A stretch of DNA of 64,000 bases from Haliotis cracherodii. Taxonomy: Eukaryota. The position numbers and the translations under genes were made by a program. This document shows positions 11,180 to 19,956 of this stretch, piece by piece. Numbering within the stretch: position 1 is the stretch's first letter; every line of letters begins with the position of its first letter. The notes beneath the pieces were generated by a model that was given only the letters and a program-made list of their open reading frames with translations, was not told the DNA's origin and did not search any database. The stretch lies in contig NW_027266275.1 in assembly GCF_022045235.1 (NCBI RefSeq), forward strand, positions 28,396,001-28,460,000, written 5' to 3'.

Positions 11180-11900
11180 CTTGAACTTTTGACCTTTGAT
11201 TGTCAAGAATCACACAACATCGACCTTTTCCTTCATCTCCAAAGTTGACCTTTGACCTTTGATCACATCATATCAGTTAAAATGTTGACCTTTGACCTTT
11301 GTTTGTAAAGAATCACAATCTCATCCTTCAATTACAAATTTGACCTTTGACCTCTGATTGTGAAGAATCACGAATGACATCGACCCTTTCCATCATCTCC
11401 AATTACAAAGTTGACCTTTGACCTTTGATTGTCAAGAATCACAATTACATCATATAGTTAAAGTTTTGACCTTTGACCTTTGTTTGTAAAGAATCACAAT
11501 CGCATCCTCTTCATTACAAATTTGACCTTTGACCTCTGATTGTCAAGAATTACAATCGTAATATCGACCCTTTCACTTCTCGAATTACAAAGTTGACCTT
11601 TGACCTTTGATTGTCATCACAACGTCGACCTTTCTATTTTCCAATCACAAAGTTGACCTTTGACCTTTGATTGTTTGCAAGTTGAAACATCAACAATAGC
11701 ACTTCCATGACCTTTGGCCTTTCCATTTCCTGTCATTTGCCCCCTTGACCTTTAGAGCACTTGACCTTGAGTCACCTGATGACCGTGGCTTTGACCTTTG
11801 GGTCCCAATGTGTCTTGTTTGACCTTTATGTGCCCTGACCCCAAGAGGTCACATCGTCCGGGTATAAAAGGAAGAGATCTTCCATTTCCAGCATTTCATT
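11180..11900 (+). promoter_or_regulatory. Spacer/promoter of copy 2: 8 DR1 elements, TATA at 11863
   Basis: Eight perfect TGACCTTTGACCT, the same proximal sites as copy 1, and TATAAAAG at 11863. Confidence 0.65.
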
Positions 11901-11919
11901 TCAATATCATTCATCTATC

Positions 11920-12705
11920 ATGTCATCTATTAAGAACGTTTTGCGTTCGATTGGTTACCAAGTTAAATCCCTCTTAGGAGAGGGAAGCTTTGGTACGGTT
12001 TTGCTCTGTGAAAACATGGTTGACCTTTCGGAGGTTGCCATAAAAATCACAGAAAAAGTTCAGAGCTATGTCTCCAATGAGACGTTTGCTCTGAAGACTG
12101 TGAAACATCCCAACATTGTGGACATCTACGCAGTGTTGGAGACTGATAAGCACGCTTTTACTGTGATGGAGCTGGCCGAGGGGGGAAACCTCCTGGACCT
12201 GCTTGCACAGGAAAGCTTTAGCTTGTCTGAGGAGAGAGTCAAGGTGATCTTTTCCCAACTGGTGGAGGCTGTGAACGCCTGTCACCAGGAGGGGATTGCA
12301 CACCGAGATCTTAAGCTGGAAAATGTCCTTTTGGACCTGGACGGCAATGTCAAGCTGTCTGACTTTGGCCTTTGCACGCGCAAAGAGCAAAGAGAGTCCA
12401 GTAATACCTTCTGTGGAACTGTAACTTACTCCTCCCCCGAGGTTCTAACCGGAGAGGAGTATGATGCATTCAAGCTAGACATCTGGAGTTTGGGGGTCAT
12501 CCTCTATTCTCTGGTGTGTGGCTCCTTCCCCTTTGACGACTTCAGCATCAGCCAGATGGTTCAGCTGCAGAAAGATCACATCCTTCCATTTCCCGAGCAC
12601 ATCAGCTCAGAGTGCAAGGATCTTATTCTGCAAATGTGCCAGCCCGATGTTGCTGGAAGGCCCTCTATCAGACAGGTTCAGAACTCTAGCTGGCTTTGCC
12701 AGTGA
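11920..12705 (+). CDS. TSSK1-like: TSSK1/2-like kinase, copy 2 (Q155K, P227H)
   Basis: Intact 261-aa ORF with two substitutions relative to copies 1 and 5. Confidence 0.93.
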   Translation: MSSIKNVLRSIGYQVKSLLGEGSFGTVLLCENMVDLSEVAIKITEKVQSYVSNETFALKTVKHPNIVDIYAVLETDKHAFTVMELAEGGNLLDLLAQESFSLSEERVKVIFSQLVEAVNACHQEGIAHRDLKLENVLLDLDGNVKLSDFGLCTRKEQRESSNTFCGTVTYSSPEVLTGEEYDAFKLDIWSLGVILYSLVCGSFPFDDFSISQMVQLQKDHILPFPEHISSECKDLILQMCQPDVAGRPSIRQVQNSSWLCQ

Positions 12706-12769
12706 AATCTAAAAGCCTAAAAAGCTAATAATATCAATAATAACACATCACACCCTATTAGACAATCAG

Positions 12770-13497
12770 ACTTGAACTTTTGACCTTTGATTGTCAAGAA
12801 TCACAATCACAACATCGACCTTTTCCTTCATCTCCAAAGTTGACCTTTGACCTTTGATCACATCATATCATAGTTAAAATGTTGACCTTTGACCTTTGTT
12901 TGTCAAGAATCACAAACTCATCCTTCAATTACAAATTTGACCTTTGACCTCTGATTGTCAAGAATCACGAATGACATCGACCCTTTCCACCATCTCCAAT
13001 TACAAAGTTGACCTTTGACCTTTGATTGTCAAGAATCACAATCACATCATATAGTTAAAGTTTTGACCTTTGACCTTTGTTTGTAAAGAATCACAATCGC
13101 ATCCTCTTCATTACAAATTTGACCTTTGACCTCTGATTGTCAAGAATTACAATCGTAATATCGACCCTTTCACTTCTCGATTACAAAGTTGACCTTTGAC
13201 CTTTGATTGTCATCACAACGTCGACCTTTCTATTTTCCAATCACAAAGTTGACCTTTGACCTTTGATTGTTTGCAAGTTGAAACATCAACAATAGCACTT
13301 CCATGACCTTTGGCCTTTCCATTTCCTGTCATTTGCCCCCTTGACCTTTAGAGCACTTGACCTTGAGTCACCTGATGACCGTGGCTTTGACCTTTGGGTC
13401 CCAATGTGTCTTGTTTGACCTTTATGTGCCCTGACCCCAAGAGGTCACATCGTCCGGGTATAAAAGGAAGAGATCTTCCATTTCCAGCATTTCATTT
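12770..13497 (+). promoter_or_regulatory. Spacer/promoter of copy 3: 8 DR1 elements, TATA at 13459
   Basis: Eight perfect DR1 and TATAAAAG at 13459. Confidence 0.65.
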
Positions 13498-13515
13498 CAA
13501 TATCATTCATCTATC

Positions 13516-14301
13516 ATGTCATCTATTAAGAACGTATTGCGTTCGATTGGTTACCAAGTTAAATCCCTCTTAGGAGAGGGAAGCTTTGGTACGGTTTTGC
13601 TCTGTGAAAACATGGTTGACCTTTCGGAGGTTGCCATAAAAATCACAGAAAAAGTTCAGAGCTATGTCTCCAATGAGACGTTTGCTCTGAAGACTGTGAA
13701 ACATCCCAACATTGTGGACATCTACGCAGTGTTGGAGACTGATAAGCACGCTTTTACTGTGATGGAGCTGGCCGAGGGGGGAAACCTCCTGGACCTGCTT
13801 GCACAGGAAAGCTTTAGCTTGTCTGAGGAGAGAGTCAAGGTGATCTTTTCCCAACTGGTGGAGGCTGTGAACGCCTGTCACCAGGAGGGGGTTGCACACC
13901 GAGATCTTAAGCTGGAAAATGTCCTTTTGGACCTGGACGGCAATGTCAAGCTGTCTGACTTTGGCCTTTGCACGCGCCAAGAGCAAAGAGAGTCCAGTAA
14001 TACCTTCTGTGGAACTGTAACTTACTCCTCCCCCGAGGTTCTAACCGGAGAGGAGTATGATGCATTCAAGCTAGACATCTGGAGTTTGGGGGTCATCCTC
14101 TATTCTCTGGTGTGTGGCTCCTTCCCCTTTGACGACTTCAGCATCAGCCAGATGGTTCAGCTGCAGAAAGATCACATCCTTCCATTTCCCGAGCCCATCA
14201 GCTCAGAGTGCAAGGATCTTATTCTGCAAATGTGCCAGCCCGATGTTGCTGGAAGGCCCTCTATCAGACAGGTTCAGAACTCTAGCTGGCTTTGCCAGTG
14301 A
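13516..14301 (+). CDS. TSSK1-like: TSSK1/2-like kinase, copy 3 (I126V)
   Basis: Intact 261-aa ORF. Confidence 0.93.
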   Translation: MSSIKNVLRSIGYQVKSLLGEGSFGTVLLCENMVDLSEVAIKITEKVQSYVSNETFALKTVKHPNIVDIYAVLETDKHAFTVMELAEGGNLLDLLAQESFSLSEERVKVIFSQLVEAVNACHQEGVAHRDLKLENVLLDLDGNVKLSDFGLCTRQEQRESSNTFCGTVTYSSPEVLTGEEYDAFKLDIWSLGVILYSLVCGSFPFDDFSISQMVQLQKDHILPFPEPISSECKDLILQMCQPDVAGRPSIRQVQNSSWLCQ

Positions 14302-14364
14302 AATCTAAAAGCCTAAAAAGCTAATAATATCAATAATAACATCACACCCTATTAGACAATCAGA

Positions 14365-15090
14365 CTTGAACTTTTGACCTTTGATTGTCAAGAATCACAA
14401 TCACAACATCGACCTTTTCCTTCATCTCCAAAGTTGACCTTTGACCTTTGATCACATCATATCATAGTTAAAATGTTGACCTTTGACCTTTGTTTGTCAA
14501 GAATCACAATCTCATCCTTCATTACAAATTTGACCTTTGACCTCTGATTGTCAAGAATCACGAATGACATCGACCCTTTCCATCATCTCCAATTACAAAG
14601 TTGACCTTTGACCTTTGATTGTCAAGAATCACAATTACATCATATAGTTAAAGTTTTGACCTTTGACCTTTGTTTGTAAAGAATCACAATCGCATCCTCT
14701 TATTACAAATTTGACCTTTGACCTTTGATTGTCAAGAATTACAATCGTAATATCGACCCTTTCACTTCTCGAATTACAAAGTTGACCTTTGACCTTTGAT
14801 TGTCATCACAACGTCGACCTTTCTATTTTCCAATCACAAAGTTGACTTTTGACCTTTGATTGTTTGCAAGTTGAAACATCAACAATAGCACTTCCATGAC
14901 CTTTGGCCTTTCCATTTCCTGTCATTTGCCCCCTTGACCTTTAGAGCACTTGACCTTGAGTCACCTGATGACCGTGGCTTTGACCTTTGGGTCCCAATGT
15001 GTCTTGTTTGACCTTTATGTGCCCTGACCCCAAGAGGTCACATCGTCCGGGTATAAAAGGAAGAGATCTTCCATTTCCAGCATTTCATAT
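14365..15090 (+). promoter_or_regulatory. Spacer/promoter of copy 4: 7 perfect and 1 variant DR1, TATA at 15052
   Basis: The last DR1 reads TGACTTTTGACCT. TATAAAAG is at 15052 and the leader has a 6-bp deletion. Confidence 0.65.
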
Positions 15091-15102
15091 CATTCATCTA
15101 TC

Positions 15103-15888
15103 ATGTCATCTATTAAGAACGTTTTGCGTTCGATTGGTTACCAAGTTAAATCCCTCTTAGGAGAGGGAAGCTTTGGTACGGTTTTGCTCTGTGAAAACAT
15201 GGTTGACCTTTCGGAGGTTGCCATAAAAATCACAGAAAAAGTTCAGAGCTATGTCTCCAATGAGACGTTTGCTCTGAAGACTGTGAAACATCCCAACATT
15301 GTGGACATCTACGCAGTGTTGGAGACTGATAAGCACGCTTTTACTGTGATGGAGCTGGCCGAGGGGGGAAACCTCCTGGACCTGCTTGCACAGGAAAGCT
15401 TTAGCTTGTCTGAGGAGAGAGTCAAGGTGATCTTTTCCCAACTGGTGGAGGCTGTGAACGCCTGTCACCAGGTGGGGATTGCACACCGAGATCTTAAGCT
15501 GGAAAATGTCCTTTTGGACCTGGACGGCAATGTCAAGCTGTCTGACTTTGGCCTTTGCACGCGCCAAGAGCAAAGAGAGTCCAGTAATACCTTCTGTGGA
15601 ACTGTAACTTACTCCTCCCCCGAGGTTCTAACCGGAGAGGAGTATGATGCATTCAAGCTAGACATCTGGAGTTTGGGGGTCATCCTCTATTCTCTGGTGT
15701 GTGGCTCCTTCCCCTTTGACGACTTCAGCATCAGCCAGATGGTTCAGCTGCAGAAAGATCACATCCTTCCATTTCCCGAGCCCATCAGCTCAGAGTGCAA
15801 GGATCTTATTCTGCAAATGTGCCAGCCCGATGTTGCTGGAAGGCCCTCTATCAGACAGGTTCAGAACTCTAGCTGGCTTTGCCAGTGA
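15103..15888 (+). CDS. TSSK1-like: TSSK1/2-like kinase, copy 4 (E124V)
   Basis: Intact 261-aa ORF. Confidence 0.93.
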   Translation: MSSIKNVLRSIGYQVKSLLGEGSFGTVLLCENMVDLSEVAIKITEKVQSYVSNETFALKTVKHPNIVDIYAVLETDKHAFTVMELAEGGNLLDLLAQESFSLSEERVKVIFSQLVEAVNACHQVGIAHRDLKLENVLLDLDGNVKLSDFGLCTRQEQRESSNTFCGTVTYSSPEVLTGEEYDAFKLDIWSLGVILYSLVCGSFPFDDFSISQMVQLQKDHILPFPEPISSECKDLILQMCQPDVAGRPSIRQVQNSSWLCQ

Positions 15889-15953
15889 AATCTAAAAGCC
15901 TAAAAAGCTAATAATATCAATAATAACACATCACACCCTATTAGACAATCAGA

Positions 15954-16678
15954 CTTGAACTTTTGACCTTTGATTGTCAAGAATCACAATCACAACATCG
16001 ACCTTTTCCTTCATCTCCAAAGTTGACCTTTGACCTTTGATCACATCATATCATAGTTAAAATGTTGACCTTTGACCTTTGTTTGTCAAGAATCACAAAC
16101 ATCCTTCAATTACAAATTTGACCTTTGACCTCTGATTGTCAAGAATCACGAATGACATCGACCCTTTCCACCATCTCCAATTACAAAGTTGACCTTTGAC
16201 CTTTGATTGTCAAGAATCACAATCACATCATATAGTTAAAGTTTTGACCTTTGACCTTTGTTTGTAAAGAATCACAATCGCATCCTCTTCATTACAAATT
16301 TGACCTTTGACCTCTGATTGTCAAGAATTACAATCGTAATATCGACCCTTTCACTTCTCGATTACAAAGTTGACCTTTGACCTTTGATTGTCATCACAAC
16401 GTCGACCTTTCTATTTTCCAATCACAAAGTTGACCTTTGACCTTTGATTGTTTGCAAGTTGAAACATCAACAATAGCACTTCCATGACCTTTGGCCTTTC
16501 CATTTCCTGTCATTTGCCCCCTTGACCTTTAGAGCACTTGACCTTGAGTCACCTGATGACCGTGGCTTTGACCTTTGGGTCCCAATGTGTCTTGTTTGAC
16601 CTTTATGTGCCCTGACCCCAAGAGGTCACATCGTCCGGGTATAAAAGGAAGAGATCTTCCATTTCCAGCATTTCATTT
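15954..16678 (+). promoter_or_regulatory. Spacer/promoter of copy 5: 8 DR1 elements, TATA at 16640
   Basis: Eight perfect DR1 and TATAAAAG at 16640. Confidence 0.65.
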
Positions 16679-16696
16679 CAATATCATTCATCTATC

Positions 16697-17482
16697 ATGT
16701 CATCTATTAAGAACGTATTGCGTTCGATTGGTTACCAAGTTAAATCCCTCTTAGGAGAGGGAAGCTTTGGTACGGTTTTGCTCTGTGAAAACATGGTTGA
16801 CCTTTCGGAGGTTGCCATAAAAATCACAGAAAAAGTTCAGAGCTATGTCTCCAATGAGACGTTTGCTCTGAAGACTGTGAAACATCCCAACATTGTGGAC
16901 ATCTACGCAGTGTTGGAGACTGATAAGCACGCTTTTACTGTGATGGAGCTGGCCGAGGGGGGAAACCTCCTGGACCTGCTTGCACAGGAAAGCTTTAGCT
17001 TGTCTGAGGAGAGAGTCAAGGTGATCTTTTCCCAACTGGTGGAGGCTGTGAACGCCTGTCACCAGGAGGGGATTGCACACCGAGATCTTAAGCTGGAAAA
17101 TGTCCTTTTGGACCTGGACGGCAATGTCAAGCTGTCTGACTTTGGCCTTTGCACGCGCCAAGAGCAAAGAGAGTCCAGTAATACCTTCTGTGGAACTGTA
17201 ACTTACTCCTCCCCCGAGGTTCTAACCGGAGAGGAGTATGATGCATTCAAGCTAGACATCTGGAGTTTGGGGGTCATCCTCTATTCTCTGGTGTGTGGCT
17301 CCTTCCCCTTTGACGACTTCAGCATCAGCCAGATGGTTCAGCTGCAGAAAGATCACATCCTTCCATTTCCCGAGCCCATCAGCTCAGAGTGCAAGGATCT
17401 TATTCTGCAAATGTGCCAGCCCGATGTTGCTGGAAGGCCCTCTATCAGACAGGTTCAGAACTCTAGCTGGCTTTGCCAGTGA
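16697..17482 (+). CDS. TSSK1-like: TSSK1/2-like kinase, copy 5 (protein identical to copy 1)
   Basis: Intact 261-aa ORF. Confidence 0.93.
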   Translation: MSSIKNVLRSIGYQVKSLLGEGSFGTVLLCENMVDLSEVAIKITEKVQSYVSNETFALKTVKHPNIVDIYAVLETDKHAFTVMELAEGGNLLDLLAQESFSLSEERVKVIFSQLVEAVNACHQEGIAHRDLKLENVLLDLDGNVKLSDFGLCTRQEQRESSNTFCGTVTYSSPEVLTGEEYDAFKLDIWSLGVILYSLVCGSFPFDDFSISQMVQLQKDHILPFPEPISSECKDLILQMCQPDVAGRPSIRQVQNSSWLCQ

Positions 17483-17545
17483 AATCTAAAAGCCTAAAAA
17501 GCTAATAATATCAATAATAACATCACACCCTATTAGACAATCAGA

Positions 17546-18271
17546 CTTGAACTTTTGACCTTTGATTGTCAAGAATCACAATCACAACATCGACCTTTTC
17601 CTTCATCTCCAAAGTTGACCTTTGACCTTTGATCACATCATATCATAGTTAAAATGTTGACCTTTGACCTTTGTTTGTCAAGAATCACAATCTCATCCTT
17701 CATTACAAATTTGACCTTTGACCTCTGATTGTCAAGAATCACGAATGACATCGACCCTTTCCATCATCTCCAATTACAAAGTTGACCTTTGACCTTTGAT
17801 TGTCAAGAATCACAATTACATCATATAGTTAAAGTTTTGACCTTTGACCTTTGTTTGTAAAGAATCACAATCGCATCCTCTTATTACAAATTTGACCTTT
17901 GACCTTTGATTGTCAAGAATTACAATCGTAATATCGACCCTTTCACTTCTCGAATTACAAAGTTGACCTTTGACCTTTGATTGTCATCACAACGTCGACC
18001 TTTCTATTTTCCAATCACAAAGTTGACTTTTGACCTTTGATTGTTTGCAAGTTGAAACATCAACAATAGCACTTCCATGACCTTTGGCCTTTCCATTTCC
18101 TGTCATTTGCCCCCTTGACCTTTAGAGCACTTGACCTTGAGTCACCTGATGACCGTGGCTTTGACCTTTGGGTCCCAATGTGTCTTGTTTGACCTTTATG
18201 TGCCCTGACCCCAAGAGGTCACATCGTCCGGGTATAAAAGGAAGAGATCTTCCATTTCCAGCATTTCATTT
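17546..18271 (+). promoter_or_regulatory. Spacer/promoter of copy 6: 7 perfect and 1 variant DR1, TATA at 18233
   Basis: Same variant pattern as the spacer before copy 4. TATAAAAG is at 18233. Confidence 0.65.
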
Positions 18272-18289
18272 CAATATCATTCATCTATC

Positions 18290-19075
18290 ATGTCATCTAT
18301 TAAGAACGTTTTGCGTTCGATTGGTTACCAAGTTAAATCCCTCTTAGGAGAGGGAAGCTTTGGTACGGTTTTGCTCTGTGAAAACATGGTTGACCTTTCG
18401 GAGGTTGCCATAAAAATCACAGAAAAAGTTCAGAGCTATGTCTCCAATGAGACGTTTGCTCTGAAGACTGTGAAACATCCCAACATTGTGGACATCTACG
18501 CAGTGTTGGAGACTGATAAGCACGCTTTTACTGTGATGGAGCTGGCCGAGGGGGGAAACCTCCTGGACCTGCTTGCACAGGAAAGCTTTAGCTTGTCTGA
18601 GGAGAGAGTCAAGGTGATCTTTTCCCAACTGGTGGAGGCTGTGAACGCCTGTCACCAGGTGGGGATTGCACACCGAGATCTTAAGCTGGAAAATGTCCTT
18701 TTGGACCTGGACGGCAATGTCAAGCTGTCTGACTTTGGCCTTTGCACGCGCCAAGAGCAAAGAGAGTCCAGTAATACCTTCTGTGGAACTGTAACTTACT
18801 CCTCCCCCGAGGTTCTAACCGGAGAGGAGTATGATGCATTCAAGCTAGACATCTGGAGTTTGGGGGTCATCCTCTATTCTCTGGTGTGTGGCTCCTTCCC
18901 CTTTGATGACTTCAGCATCAGCCAGATGGTTCAGCTGCAGAAAGATCACATCCTTCCATTTCCCGAGCCCATCAGCTCAGAGTGCAAGGATCTTATTCTG
19001 CAAATGTGCCAGCCCGATGTTGCTGGAAGGCCCTCTATCAGACAGGTTCAGAACTCTAGCTGGCTTTGCCAGTGA
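18290..19075 (+). CDS. TSSK1-like: TSSK1/2-like kinase, copy 6 (E124V)
   Basis: Intact 261-aa ORF; protein identical to copy 4. Confidence 0.93.
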   Translation: MSSIKNVLRSIGYQVKSLLGEGSFGTVLLCENMVDLSEVAIKITEKVQSYVSNETFALKTVKHPNIVDIYAVLETDKHAFTVMELAEGGNLLDLLAQESFSLSEERVKVIFSQLVEAVNACHQVGIAHRDLKLENVLLDLDGNVKLSDFGLCTRQEQRESSNTFCGTVTYSSPEVLTGEEYDAFKLDIWSLGVILYSLVCGSFPFDDFSISQMVQLQKDHILPFPEPISSECKDLILQMCQPDVAGRPSIRQVQNSSWLCQ

Positions 19076-19139
19076 AATCTAAAAGCCTAAAAAGCTAATA
19101 ATATCAATAATAACACATCACACCCTATTAGACAATCAG

Positions 19140-19720
19140 ACTTGAACTTTTGACCTTTGATTGTCAAGAATCACAATCACAACATCGACCTTTTCCTTCA
19201 TCTCCAAAGTTGACCTTTGACCTTTGATCACATCATATCATAGTTAAAATGTTGACCTTTGACCTTTGTTTGTCAAGAATCACAAACATCCTTCAATTAC
19301 AAATTTGACCTTTGACCTCTGATTGTCAAGAATCACGAATGACATCGACCCTTTCCACCATCTCCAATTACAAAGTTGACCTTTGACCTTTGATTGTCAA
19401 GAATCACAACCACATCATATAGTTAAAGTTTTGACCTTTGACCTTTGTTTGTAAAGAATCACAATCGCATCCTCTTCATTACAAATTTGACCTTTGACCT
19501 CTGATTGTCAAGAATTACAATCGTAATATCGACCCTTTCACTTCTCGAATTACAAAGTTGACCTTTGACCTTTGATTGTCATCACAACGTCGACCTTTCT
19601 ATTTTCCAATCACAAAGTTGACCTTTGACCTTTGATTGTTTGCAAAGTTGACCATTGACCAAGAATCACAATCACATCATATTGTTAAAATGACCGATTG
19701 CAAGTTGAACATCGACATTA
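19140..19720 (+). repeat. Terminal DR1 spacer with no downstream core promoter or gene
   Basis: Eight perfect DR1 subrepeats are followed by diverged subrepeats at 19645-19720, with no TATA box or ORF after them. Confidence 0.9.
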
Positions 19721-19876
19721 CTACTACCCTTGTTCACTGTAGAGTTGCGTCGCTTAGTTGGGGTGTTTTTTCCACGGATTTCTGCGAATGAACAAACTAC
19801 GTCGCGGGAGTTTTACGGGACTCGCGACGTCAGCGCGTGGGGGAACATATGGCATTCATCAGAAATGTACAAGTCT

Positions 19877-19956
19877 TGCACAATGTTACTAAGATACTAG
19901 GAGTTTGTTCTTTATTCAGATAGAACAAACTCCTAGTATCTTAGTAACATTGTGCA
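19877..19956. repeat. Perfect inverted repeat: 35-bp arms, 10-nt loop
   Basis: TGCACAATGTTACTAAGATACTAGGAGTTTGTTCT (19877-19911), loop TTATTCAGAT, exact reverse complement at 19922-19956. Confidence 0.97.

Larger units (their letters stand above)
9488..19720 (+). repeat. Tandem gene array: six ~1.59 kb kinase+spacer units, with spacer sequence at both ends
   Basis: ATG-to-ATG distances are 1591, 1596, 1587, 1594 and 1593 bp. The units are nearly identical. Spacer-type subrepeats extend left to ~9488 and right to ~19720. Confidence 0.98.

Noticed and set aside
9488-19720. DR1 subrepeats with variable linkers as a CRISPR-like array
   Set aside because: The context is eukaryotic, there are no cas genes, and the linkers are related to each other and recur in every unit rather than being unique spacers.
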